Below, in pieces: positions 1 through 13,878 of a DNA stretch of 64,000 nucleotides. Source of the stretch: the human T2T-CHM13v2.0 reference genome, Homo sapiens. The notes under the pieces were generated by a model, which did not search any database, was not told where the DNA came from, and saw only the letters and a list, made by a program, of their open reading frames with translations. A program made the position numbers and the translations under genes. The stretch lies in assembly GCF_009914755.1 (NCBI RefSeq), contig NC_060939.1; one strand, written 5' to 3'. The number at the start of each line of letters is the position of its first letter. Positions within the stretch are counted from its first letter, which is position 1.

Positions 1-697
1 TTAAAATGATCCGGAATCACTGAGTCCACAGTTCTCTTTTCTCTTGGTTATGTATAGATGGAGAGTGGTCTTGGTGTTATATTAGTGTATGATTCGTATT
101 TGTTTCATAATTAACTTCGAAGTGAAAAATTGATGCGAGAGCAAAGGTTTATTTGGTTTCCATAACTATTTACTAATTTTATGCTTGCCAGATTTTAAGA
201 TTAAACTGTTTGCCATCTCTTTTTTTTTTCTTCCCGTAAAACCTTTGGCCATCTACAGTCACTTTTCCTCAAATCTTATGCTGTAATTCAAACTGTATAT
301 TCTTTTTGCTGATTGCTTCTGTACCTCCTCTGCTTCCAGTGTTCTTTTGCAAGAGTGTCCACACAGTGGGAAGAAAACCTGAACTTGACTCATGAAGTGC
401 TGGGCATTCAAAACAGTGAATCCTTGCAAAGGATCTTGGGAGTAGACCCCTGTGAATTGGCTCTTTCAATTTGTCCACTTAAAGGGCATAATAGATTATG
501 CAGCTGTTTGGGCTTCAGCAGGGTATTGCTCCATATTCATGCCTAGTTGCAATTATGTGAATTTTCAGTTTGTTACAAAGACTTCCCTTTGTATTCAAAA
601 CAATTTTGTTGGCTTTGTGTTCTAATATTTGAGTTTTCTCTGAGGAAAAATAGTTGCAAGATTTTGAACTTTGAAAACTTCAAATTAAAATGTTTAA

Positions 698-730
698 AGG
701 TTTTGTCACTTTTTATTTTCTGATGCAAAC
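698..730 (+). promoter_or_regulatory. Duplicated module copy 1 with C/EBP-ATF element TGATGCAAA (721-729)
   Basis: aggttttgtcactttttattttctgatgcaaac; near-identical copy at 2138-2172. The regulatory role is inferred. Confidence 0.4.
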
Positions 731-2137
731 CATACATTGAAAGCATATTTTAAGAAGAAGTCACTCTAATAAGCTTTAATTTCGAGTTTATGAATCACAG
801 GATTTTTGGTAGAGGTAAAAACTATACTTACACCGTAAATTAGACATTAAATGCCATTTAATCAGTCAGATAATGATTAATGTTAGAGTAATGTTTGATG
901 GGCCAAGCTGCTAAAACATAAGCAGTTCTAATTAAAATATATAAACTTATCACGTAAAAATAGCAAACTTAGTAATGTATAAAGTGACAGTAGGTCTTTT
1001 TTGCTTAAAAATCAGAGTTCCTGTGTAGTGTCTCTTTATGATCTCTGTAGTAAAAATATTATTTAACGTAGCTTAGTGAGAAGTTTAAGAGGAGTATACC
1101 TTTTACTTTAGGGTGCCCATGCCACTTTGAAGTTATGGAGTGCAAAGTAGTTTCCACACATTAAAAAAAAAAAAAAGATGAAAAAGACTTAAACTTTTCT
1201 AAATTTTATACCTGAACATGTCATTAGAACATGTGCCTTTTGCTTTTAGATATCTGTTTGCCAATGGTTAAGCATTAACCTTGGCAAAATACTCACATGT
1301 CAGATCTGTTAAATGTAATAGTATTTCTGCCCAGTATTTTCTTCAGTTTTAAGTAGAAATATCAACCTTTGATGTCACTGAAATTTCTACTCTGTTGTGA
1401 TACTGAGAACATAAATGTCAGTGAGTTTGATAGCTTAGAAGTGAATCTTTTGCATTCAGTATTTTAGTGCTGTATATTTTCACTTAAGTTATAGTTTTCT
1501 CTTTAAGTCTTAGAAAAAAACATTGGTTTGTTCCTCTTAGCAACATATTGTAATGGATTTTCTGTTGCCGTTTTACAATTTTCAGGTAAAATGTGAACTC
1601 TATTAAAAATAATCTGTCTTTAAAGCATAACTTCACCTTCATTGCTCCATAAAAATAAATGATTTAGATTAAAAGCATTGTATTTTAAACAATTGGTCAC
1701 AGCTGCTTCTGTGAGATTTTCATTTTTGTTACTTAGTTTATTTTTCACCTAGACAAGGGTAAGCAAACAGTATATGATGGGAAAACTGAAACCTTATGTA
1801 CTGTTTCTTTAAGAAACCAGCTTATCCAGGAGGTTTTAGTGTGTCTAACCTAACCTGCTAGCAAGGAAAAGTTCTTTAAAATAATGGATATTAGCCGTAT
1901 CCAATCACAATTATCAGTTTCACTAACAGGGAGGAGATTTTACTCTTCAGCCACTAGAATTGGAGAAGGTGGAGCTTGGTATTCAGGTTTGGTTGCTTTG
2001 GAGTACAGCTTCAAGTGAAGTTAATCTGAGGTGAAGCAAACAGAAAATTGTGGAGGTTTTGTTGGTAGGATTTTTGTTCTAATCTTTTTATGATCCTTTA
2101 TTTTATAATTTTGCTCCTTTATGATTCTGTGTGTGCT

Positions 2138-2172
2138 AGGTTTTGTCACTGTTTTTATTTTCTGATGCAAAC
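2138..2172 (+). promoter_or_regulatory. Duplicated module copy 2 with C/EBP-ATF element TGATGCAAA (2163-2171)
   Basis: aggttttgtcactGTttttattttctgatgcaaac; differs from copy 1 only by a 2-nt insertion. Confidence 0.4.
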
Positions 2173-3864
2173 TGAACACTAAAATTAAGCAGGGAAGCAG
2201 AACAAAAGGGCTCTTTGGACAGGAAATAGGTGTTCAGAGAATCAAACTTGACTTTCTCCTATCATTATTTTTAGTTCAGAATATGAGTGTCATTAAAACA
2301 TCTTAGACTCAAAATCATCTCCAATAACAGGATTTTTTTTTGAATTGGTTGTTTGAACAGTCAGTTGTCAGTTTTTATAAATGACATCTTGAGGAGGTTC
2401 ATTTGATATGTCATTTTCCTTAAACTTAAAATGTTAAGTTGCTGAAAGATAAATGTGATAGGCTTAAATACGTCTTTTTTAGTAAATTGAAATGCCAACT
2501 GTTTAATTTTTTTAACCCCAGCACAGCACCCCTTTTAATTTCAGTATATTTTAATTTAACAATATGTTGACATTTTTAATATGCTTATAATTTTTAATAT
2601 GCTCATAATTAAAAAGGCCATTGATGAACAAAGTGAAACTGCTTTCTTCTTACTTCATTCAAACTCTTCATTTCTTTCAAAGGTGGAGATAAGTAATTAA
2701 CATTTCGAAACAGGAAATGAAAGGATTTATATTTTTAAAAGCTATAGGTAGGCTACTACAACTTTTTTTTAAAGTATCTGATTCTATTTACATTTCTTAT
2801 TTATGACGTAATTGTAGTGTATTTCAGTACAAGAATATTTTTTAGAGACTGTTTTCTTTATATTGTTGCTCTTTGTTCTCATAGAAATTAAGGTATAAAT
2901 TGCAATAATCATTGCAATAATCAGACCAAAAGCCAGCTAAGCATTTTCAGCCATTGTATTTGCTATGCTACTTGTTCCGGATCATGCAAAGGTTTTTAAA
3001 TTAATGCTTTTCTGCTATATCTGTTGTTTAAACAATAGTGTAATAATAATGAAATCAAGAAAAGTTACCTATCTACCCACCAGCAGATCATTGTTTGGTC
3101 ATCTCATTTTTTTCCTGTTCCCTTCTCTGTCTTATATTCTTGCAGTTTTCCAATAATTATGAATCTGTGCAGTTTTATGTTTTCACTTAACTATCTGTTG
3201 AAATTGTTTTCATTTCAGTAACTATGTAATTCTCTTAAATTGATGTGACCTGAATTAACCTAGTTTTTTGAATTGTCTACTTTTAGGTTCTAATTTTTCG
3301 TCATTTTTAATAGTATTGCGTTGAACACACCTGTGTGTAGCTGTAAAATATTTTCCTTTTTAAAAAAGATTTCTTTTGGAAAAATCCTGGAGTGGCTTTA
3401 CCTAGATCAAAGGATAATGAACACTTCACTGGCCAAATTGTTTTTCTAAAAAGTTATACCAGTTTATATCGACACCAGCAGAATATGCTTCAAAGTTTTT
3501 CTGATGTGTAGCCCCTTAAATGTTCTGTTAAAGTGTGCCTATGGAGCTCTCTGACTTGTTGATTAGTTTTTGCCTAAAAGCCTATTTTCAACACCACTTT
3601 CCAAGATGTAGATGGATATAAAGCAATTTTTCTGGATATTAAAATCAGCTGAGGGAAATTGGAAACACTTTTACCCACTTAACTGAGCAATTGTATCTAT
3701 GCTAGATATTTTATATACTTAGTGTATGTGTTGCTATTAGTAAGTATGGGGCTTAATGTTTTACACTGGCTTTGTTATTCAGGCTGGCTTTTCTTTTTCT
3801 TCTGGTAAGCACATACCAGAAGAAATATTTTCTTTCAAGAAAATATATCAGAAACATTTTTAGG

Positions 3865-3919
3865 AGGAGACTGGAGTAGTGCCAGTTAACATTAGGAGAC
3901 TGGAGTAGTGCCAGTTAAC
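3865..3919. repeat. Tandem duplication, 26-bp identical core, period 29
   Basis: aggagactggagtagtgccagttaac at 3865-3890 and 3894-3919. Confidence 0.95.
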
Positions 3920-4580
3920 TTTACCTGTCTCAAAAACATGTATGAATAACCTTTGTCATTATTTGTGCGTTTCTTAATTTTGAGTTTTTAAAAATACACT
4001 TTGGAAACAGATAACTTTTATGAATAATTACAGGCTTTGAAATGGTATATCAGCATCTTTCCAGTATTTTATAGGTTTCAGTTAAAGGTAAGAACTTAAC
4101 TTTACACACATATAGTGGTGCTAGACATATGTTGTTTCTGTTTGTCTTTAAGAGCATGCTTTGTTGGCATTGACCACAAATTATGTATACTTTTACTAGC
4201 TTGTCTGTTAAATGAAATAGGCATAACTGGCTTATAAACTAGTTGAGTAACGTTCTAGAATAAACTTAAGTTGTGTTAAAATCAAAGACAATTCTAAGAC
4301 AATCATATTTTTTCTTACAAATGGGGAGTAATGATAAGCCATAGGCTGGGCTATAACTCATTGATGGAACCAGTAGTTGAGCATGTATGGTATGGAGTTA
4401 GTCTAGCTCATTTTGCAATTTAAATAATTTAACTTACTTTGTGTCAACTTTTATTTCAATTAACTGATAATTTAGTATCTCTGACTTTCAGAGCTGATGC
4501 TGGTATGTTTGTCATTGTGTTTGTTTCAGAGGGAAGTTTTTTTTGTTAATGTCTACTTTTATTGTTTGATTTTTTTTCAG

Positions 4581-4793
4581 ATACTTTGGTGTTGAACATT
4601 TGGGATAGAAGAGAGAAATTTAAAATTAAAAATTTTCCATATTTCTATCACAAATATTGGTAATTTGACAACATGTAATTTGATTGTCGTCTTAATAAAA
4701 TTTAATGTTATTGCTACCAAATAGAGATAAAGGTAATTGTAAATACTGTAGTGAAAGTTTAGCTGTTGATTACATTTTGCTGGGTACCCCAAG
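4581..4793 (+). other. Candidate alternative 5'UTR cassette exon
   Basis: Strong acceptor gattttttttcag|ATAC with possible donors AAG|gtaatt (4732) or AAG|gtaaag (4793), in unique sequence. Motif evidence only. Confidence 0.3.
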
Positions 4794-5359
4794 GTAAAGA
4801 AGTGATTTTTTTTAGTGGTTTCTGTAACTGTAATTCTGCAGTACTACTGATCTTACATTGACAGATTTAGGGAGTATCTTTTTGGTTTCCTAGGGAGAGT
4901 GGAAAGTAGTTTTCTACAAGGAGAAGAAAACTTTTAAATTGACCTAGGTATTTGGGTCAAGATATGAAAAGTGATGGTTGCGTTTTATTTCAAAAATAAT
5001 GTATTCAAAGTCTCTGTTGTTAGATGCCATTCAAGAGGAACATAGTGATTTTTTTCCCTCCAAATAATATGAGGAAAAAACTTAATGGGCAGTAAGTTGA
5101 TAAAACTTGAAAGAACCTAGAGCCATTTTTGTTTAAACCTATTAATGCTAATTTTTGAACTGATGTGTCTATGAACTTGTTTGACTAAATTTGGTTTTCT
5201 GTGTTTGTATGCCATCGGAGAAAATGAACTCGAAACAGTTTTGTCGTTAGTAGTGCTTTGGTAGAAGAGAGCAGATCCATCTATCCCTGTTTATACCTTT
5301 TTTCCCCTTCGCAATATAAATACCCTGTGTCATCTGCTACCAATAGATTTTTGTAAGTA

Positions 5360-5960
5360 CTAGATTTCTCAGCAACATTTAGTGCCATTGACTACTTTTC
5401 CTGCTTGAAACTCTTCTCATTATTTTCATGATACTGTCTGTGCTTTCCTCATTAGTGATCTCTGTGTCTTTTGCAAATGTTTCTCCTTTACAACCATTAA
5501 GTAATAGAAGTTCGTAGCATTTTGTTCTTAACTCTTCTCTAGACTTCCCTTTTGATAATCTCCAGTCCCATATCTTTAATTAGCATACTATACATATTAA
5601 TGGTTCCAACGTCTGAATCTAAAATCCAAAACTTTTTTTGTACCTGAGACCCATATTTATCCAGCTCACCAAAAGTCACAGCAAATGGGTGATACTGCCA
5701 CCCAAGCCAGAATCTGATTGTCATTCTGATTCTTCTTCATCACCAGTTAGCCACAATTAGCCTATAAATTTTAAATTCAGTGTCTCTAGAATCAATCTTT
5801 TTTTTTTTCCTTCACGTGTTAGCATAAGGCCACACGGTATGATTTCTTAGATGACTAAACACCCCCCTAATTGATCTTCATTTCCATTTTAGGCTCTGTA
5901 TAATACATTCTTTACTGTGCGGTCATATCTGTTTTTCTCTGCTTCATATTCGTTAGTGAA
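5360..5960 (-). mobile_element. Old L2 LINE fragment
   Basis: Resembles L2 consensus (ctcagcaacatt...cttgaaactcttctc). Boundaries approximate. Confidence 0.5.
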
Positions 5961-7013
5961 TACTAGCTAGAGTGAAGAATAACACCAGCTGATTCTGTGC
6001 TAAACATTCTCTCAGATGGTCCCCACGCTAAGTACTGTTAGTCTTTTCGAACCAGTAAGTCAATTTAGAAAGGCTAGCTAATTTGTCTAAGGTCTCCTTG
6101 GCTGGTAAGTGACTAGCATACTTTAAAACTGAGGTTTGTCAGACTGGAAGTCCTTTCCTTTACACACTGAGCTGTGTGCTTTCCTGAGCTTACTTCTCTA
6201 TTCCTTTTTTCCCTCACATCATTCCACTTCACTCTTTAACCACCAGCTATTTGTAATTCCTTCTTCTAAGGCATAGTGAAAACTTGCTGCCTGTCTAAAA
6301 ATGCTTTAAGGGAAACAAACATTAAAAAAAAAAAGTATTTCTGACAGTTTTTTGGAACACTTTGATAAAGGATATTAAACATTTTAGCATCCCCAGGATA
6401 CAAGAAGATAAAAGAATGAGGCACAGGCAAAGTAAAGGTAGTTTTCCTTATGCACATAGTTTTGAGTTTCATAGCTGTTGAATTCCTCACGTTTAATAAA
6501 AGCTTGAGACCAAGCTGTGTAGTGGGAAGATTAGGCAAAGTGCAAAAGCACTTTAAGCTATTTGAAATGCTAACAACTCCTTAAATAACTGTTGGCTTGG
6601 ACCTTGTGCTCATTCTGCATCCGGGTGTATAAAGCACCTGCCTGTGAACAAAAGTCAAATAACTTACTGAGTAACTTATACATAGGGTAGAGAGGCTACA
6701 TAGATTATTTTGCATCAAATATTCTATCATCAAAAAAGTTAAATAATGCAGACAACATTACTTACAAATAAAATTGACGTGAACAGAAAAATAGTTGATT
6801 TGGAATCATTTTCATTTAAAATATTTTCTCTTTGTCCTCTGTGCCATTCCCCCTCTAACATATTTTAAAGCAAAAGGACCTCTATTGGACCAAAAAAAGA
6901 AAAAGTAGCCTTTTTATTCATAGCTTTGAAAGCAACTTGGTGGTAAAGGAAAAAGGTCAAATTGATGAAACTTTTGAAATACAGGTAAATATTACCAATG
7001 TTTGTTTCTTTGA

Positions 7014-7490
<477 letters not shown>

Positions 7491-8281
7491 TAGGTTCAGG
7501 GGTACATGTGTAGGTTTGTTACATGGGTAAATTGCATGTCACTGTGGTTTGATGTACAAACAATCCCGTCACTCAGTGACCATAGTACCTGATAGGTGTT
7601 AATAGTTTTTCAACACTCGCCTCTCCCCAGCCCTTTCCTCTAATTGTCTCCAGTGTTTATTGTTCTCATCTTTATGTCCTTGTGTACTCAGTGCTTAGTT
7701 CCCATTTATAAGTGACAACGTGGTATTTGGTTTTCTGTCCTGCATTAATTCACTTAGGATAATGGCCTCCAGCCCCATCCATGTTGCTACAAAGAACATG
7801 ATTTTGTTCTTTTTTATGGCTGCACAGTATCCCATAATGTATATGTACCACATTTTCTTTATGTAGTCCACTGTTGATGGGCACCTAGGTTAATTCTATG
7901 TCTTTGCTCTTGTGAATAGTGCTGTGATGAACATAAACGAGTGCATGTGTCTTTTTGGTAAAATGATTTATTTTCTTTTGAGTATATACCCAGTAATGGG
8001 ATTGCTGGGTCTAATGGTAGTTGTGTTTTAAGTTCTTTGGGAAATCTCCAAATTGTTTTCCACAGTGGCTGGACTAATTGACATTAACACCAACAGTGTA
8101 TAAGCATTCCATTTTCTGGGAAACTTCACCAACATCTGTCATTTTTTTGACTTTTTAATAATAGCCATTCTGACTGGCTTGAGATGATATTTTGATTTTG
8201 ATTTGCATTTCTCTAATGATTAGTGATGGTAATGTTGAGCATTTTTTCATGTATTTGTTGGCTGTATTTATGTCTTCTTTT

Positions 8282-8484
8282 TTTTTTCATTTGCTCAATT
8301 ATTTTATTTTATTATTATTATACTTTAAGTTTTAGGGTACATGTGCACAGTGTGCGGGTTAGTTACATATGTATACATGTGCCATGCTGGTGTGCTGCAC
8401 CCATTAATTTGTCATTTAGCATTAGGTATATCTCCTAATGCTATCCCTCCCCCCTCCCGCCACCCCACAACAGTCCCCAGAGTG
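8282..8484 (-). mobile_element. Young, 5'-truncated L1PA 3' end (~200 bp) with TSD tgtcttctttt
   Basis: ttatactttaagttttagggtacatgtgcac...cagtccccagagtgtg; TSD at 8271-8281 and 8485-8495. Confidence 0.9.
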
Positions 8485-8568
8485 TGTCTTCTTTTGAGAA
8501 GTATGTGTTCTTTTGCTCGTTTTTTAATGGGATTATTTGTTTCTTGCTTGTTGAATTCTGGATATTAG

Positions 8569-8935
<367 letters not shown>

Positions 8936-9065
8936 TACTCTGTTCTTTCTTTTGCTGTTCTTTTGGTATACATTAAATAATAAAAATGTAAAATAATGAC
9001 AATAGATTTTGAATGTTATAATAGATTTATGTGATATATAATTTGAAAAGAATGTTTTCCTTAGC

Positions 9066-9365
9066 TTTTTTTTTTTTTTTTTTGAAATGGAGTCTCGCTG
9101 TGTCGCCCAGGCTGGAGTGCAGTGGCGCAAACTTGGCTCACTGCAAGCTCTGCCTCCCAGGTTCACGCCATCCTCCTGCCTTAGCCTCCCCGAGTAGCTG
9201 GGACTACAGGCGCCCGCCACCACGCCCAGCTAGCTAATTTTTTGTATTTTTAGTAGAGTCGGGGTTTCACCGTAGCCAGGATGGTCTCGATCTCCTGACC
9301 TTGTGATCCACCTGCCTCGGCCTCCCAAAATGCTGGATTACAGGCATGAGCCACCACGCCTGGCC
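9066..9365 (-). mobile_element. AluY-like
   Basis: Alu consensus; TSD cttagcttt. Confidence 0.95.
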
Positions 9366-9394
9366 CTTAGCTTTGAGAAACAGAATACACAACC

Positions 9395-9712
<318 letters not shown>

Positions 9713-9762
9713 TACACAACCAGTTTTCTTAAATTTTGTAGATAATTGTTTAAAATTATATA

Positions 9763-10477
9763 TACAGTAGTTGCCCCTTATTCATGGGAGATATGTTTGA
9801 AGACCCACTGTGGATAGTACCAAACCTATATTTGCTGTGTTTTGTCCTATACATAAATACCTATGACATAGTTTTATAAATTAGACATAGTAAGACATTA
9901 ACAATAATAGAATAATTATACTGTAATAAAAGTTATGTGATATCATCTCCCTCCCTCTTTCTCTCAAAATATCTTAGTATCTTCAGGCTGTGGTTGATCT
10001 CAGGTAACTGAAACAGCCGACAATGAAATCTTGGATGTGTTAGGTCATTCTTGCATTACTATACAGAAATACGTGAGACTGAGTATAAAAAGAGGTTTAA
10101 TTGGCTCATGGTTCTTCAGGCTGTGCAGGAGACATGGCACCAGAGATCTGCTCAGCTTGTGATCATGCCTCAGGAAGCTTACAATCACTGCGGAAGCAAA
10201 GAGGGAGCTGGTGCATCACATGACAAAAGCCAGGAGCTAAAGAGAGTGGGGTGCGGAGAGGTACCACACACTTTTAAGCAGCCAGATCTTGTGAAAACTA
10301 TCTCAAGGACAGCACCAAGGGGATGGTGTTAAGCTATTCATGAGAACTCCTCCATCCCCATCATCCAGTCACCTCCCATCAGGCCCCACCTCCGATACTG
10401 GGGATTACAGTTCACCATGAGATTTGAGTGGGGACAAATACACAAACTTTATCAGTTGATAAGGGTGGACTACTGTA
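9763..10477. mobile_element. MER44-like Tigger MITE split by a MaLR LTR
   Basis: Inverted termini tacagtagttgccccttat ... gataagggtggactactgta. Confidence 0.75.
10036..10454 (-). mobile_element. MaLR solo LTR (MST-type)
   Basis: TG...CA ends; aagaggtttaattggctcatggttc and ggccccacctcc...tgagatttg match MST/THE1 consensus. Confidence 0.85.
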
Positions 10478-10800
10478 AGGTTATCTTTTCTCTGAATGAA
10501 TACTAAGTCTCAGTAGCTGTAGGAATTTAAAAAATACATTTACTTTTTGTAGAAAAAATTTATTCTTTGCAGACTTTCAAATGAAAACCTACACTGAAAA
10601 GGTGACATTGATTGCCTAAAATAATTGTTTCAGTAACAAATTTTTATTGAGTTGTGTGCATACAGCCTAGTCAGATAGTCAGACTAGTTACACAGTCAGA
10701 TGAGCTTGTAAAGTACTGTAAAATGGTCCTTTTCTGGAGGAAACTCACATACTGTTTGATAAAAGTAGGGGATATGAGTATTTCCTATCTGATAAGTCAG

Positions 10801-11243
10801 TGTTAAAGACTTTAGACAAATTTAATGGAATTTAATTGAGCAAAAAGCGATTCAAGAACCAAGCAGCTCCCAGAACCAGAACAGTTCAGGAGGACTGCAG
10901 AGTACCGTATTGTCAAATAACATATTGTCAGATAACATTTATGGTCAAGAAAAGGGAAGTGACATGCATACAGCAAAGGGAAGTGAGGTACAGTAACAGC
11001 TAGATTAGTTACAGCTCAGCCTTTGCCTCATCTGAACACAATTTGAACAGTTGGCCACCTATGATTGGCTGAAACTCAGCTACTGTGATTGGCTGAGACT
11101 TGGCTACTTATTACAAGAGTAGGTTACAGTCTGCTTACATATCAAGTTAACTTTATAGTGCACTATGTAGAGAGAAACTTTGGGCCAAACCTAAAATATG
11201 GATGGAGGCAGCCTCGGGCCAGACTTAATTTAGTTTAATGTCA
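10801..11243 (-). mobile_element. ERV1 solo LTR (MER57-like)
   Basis: Reverse complement of the MER57 consensus as recalled; contains tandem ATTGG (CCAAT) boxes. Confidence 0.75.
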
Positions 11244-11764
11244 GGATCATATATTACTGAGTGCAAACTTGTGTTTGTTATAGATGATTGCTGTAGAAGT
11301 TCAAGTGGGAAGAAAGATAAGCCAAGATAATAAGAAAATTAGAAAAAGTAAAATCTGAGACATTCCTTGAAGATTTGTTAGATAGGTTTGAGACTGGATG
11401 TACACTAAAAGCTTTATTTACCCGGAAAGAGGCAATCCTGGAATGGCAAAATGGAGGGAGTAATAGATTCTGGATATGCCAACCAAAATTTTGCTGGTTT
11501 AGCAGGTGCCATTTAATTTCTCATTTTTCCAGTAAGCCCAGGTGGGGAAGAGGTATGGAGTATACATAGGATATGGGAATGGTGTGACTGTGAGCAGTGG
11601 TGAATTATGAAGGCTTCTATGCAAATAAGTGGTAAAAACAGGGTTTGGAATATTAATTTAATTGCAACTCATATTGGACACTATCAGACACATTAACTTT
11701 AAGTTCTCACAATATCATGAGATGGGTATTATTGTTGTGCCTATTTCGCAGATGATAATGCTAA

Positions 11765-11839
11765 GTTTATAGAGAGATAGGAAAAATTGACAAAGGTTAA
11801 ACAGGTTTATAGACAGATAGGACAAATTGACAAAGGTTA
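11765..11839. repeat. Imperfect tandem duplication (period 40) inside a MIR remnant
   Basis: gtttatagagagataggaaaaattgacaaaggtta repeated with 2 mismatches. Confidence 0.85.
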
Positions 11840-12305
11840 TGTGGCAGAGCCTAGATTGAAATTGGGAAGGCTGATACCAGAGCATGATCTTGCTATTCAG
11901 GTTTACTTAGAGAGGGAAGGTTTACTTAGGGAGAGGAATTCAAGGCAGGGAGACTACCAGTTGTTGTTTTTGAAGTTCTGTGGTAATGTGAGTAATTTTA
12001 CTAATGTTCCTAAACCTTTGGGTTTGGTATCTCAATATCACTGTCAAGTGACTTTCTGGGAAAGGTAGGAAAGATTGACAGATGGATATAGCAGGGATTA
12101 TTCATTCTTATTTTAGTGAGTGTCAAAGGATGGAAACTGGTAAGAGTTCCAGATATTTAAGGAGTTTATTATGAGGATTGGACCATGCTTCCCTCCTTGT
12201 TTTGCTGAGTTTATATCTTCTGGTTCTTTGATTTCCTATGAACTAAAAATCAGAATTCCATCTTAGAAATTTATTATTCAATTGAACTGCCCTCACCTCC
12301 CTTAA

Positions 12306-12706
<401 letters not shown>

Positions 12707-13042
12707 TATACATACGTTATTTTAAACCTCCCAGCCCTGTGAATTGGTGGTGGTATTATCCATAATAATAAATTCTGCACAGGTTTCTTAAGCAACTACT
12801 GGGTGCTATGCTAAGAACTTATGATATGTTGGGGAAACATGCAGAGAATTTATATTAAATGATAATGAGGGAGAAAAGAGACCAGATTATCATTGGAGCA
12901 GAGTCAGAGAAGACTGTAAAGTGGCTGTGCTAAGACTTAGAAAATAAATAAAAGTTAACCAGAGTGAGTGAAAGGGATGTTAGGTAAGCCTTGTAACTTT
13001 AGAGAAAAGCGTGTTCATGGAGATGATTAAGCATGGAAGTTA

Positions 13043-13280
13043 GGCTGGGCACAGTGGCTCATGCCTGTAATCCCAGCACTTCAGGAAGCCAATGTCAGGA
13101 GTTTGAGACTAGCCTGGCCAACGTGGTGAAACCGTGTATCTACTAAAAATATAAAAATCAGCTGGGCATGGTGGTGAGCATCTGTAATCCCAGCTACTCA
13201 GGAGGCTGAGGAGGTTGCGGTGAGCTCAGATCATGCCATTGCACTCCAGCCTGGGCAACAGAGCGAAATTCCTTCTCAAA
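13043..13280 (+). mobile_element. Alu with internal deletions in both arms
   Basis: Alu consensus of ~240 bp; TSD aagcatggaagtt. Confidence 0.9.
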
Positions 13281-13648
13281 AGCATGGAAGTTGAGAGCTT
13301 TAGGGCCCAGGAGGAAAAATGGCAGGAGAATGAGGCTTCATAGACAAGATGAGCTAAACCTATTCTCTTAGTGATGGAAAACCTTTGAATTACTGATTTG
13401 GGGCGTGGTCTGATCACCCTGAGAGGATTTAAATATCCTCTTAGGCAGTAAAGTGGCATGGGTTCAAGATTGTGCAGCTAAGAAGAAACAGCTCAGATCT
13501 GAATCCAGGCCTTGTCTCAGTATTATAGCACTCTGCTTCTTATGAAGTCTGTTTAAGCCTAGATCAGGGTTAGGCATGATTACAGCACACACATAGTTGC
13601 TGCAAATCAGTTCAGAGAGGCAAGAGATTAAGTGAGATTTACGAAGTG

Positions 13649-13878
13649 TAGGTCGATCATCCCAAATTCGAAATTTGAAATACTCCAAGATTGGAAATTT
13701 TCTGAGTGCAGACACGATGCTGAAAGAAAATGTTCATTGGAGCATTTCAGATTTTGGATTTTCAGATTAGGGATGCTCAACTGTTAAGTATATAATGCAA
13801 ATATTCCAAAATACAAAAAAATTTGAAATCTGAAACTCTTCTGGTCCCAGACATTTTGGAAAAAGGATATACTTCCTA
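13649..13878. mobile_element. Tigger4/MER46-like DNA transposon relic
   Basis: cattggagcatttcagattttggattttcagattagggatgctcaac motif. Confidence 0.75.

Noticed and set aside
269-546. Overlapping ORFs 269-478 (-) and 313-546 (+)
   Set aside because: No recognisable domain and no convincing splice or Kozak support; the lengths are expected by chance.
2085-2172. Intronic C/D box snoRNA ending in CTGA (also near 720)
   Set aside because: No RTGATGA C box at a suitable distance (only atgatcc/atgattc) and no terminal stem.
3865-3919. CRISPR-like repeat-spacer pattern in the short direct repeats
   Set aside because: Only two adjacent copies with no spacers, in a mammalian intron; these are simple tandem duplications.
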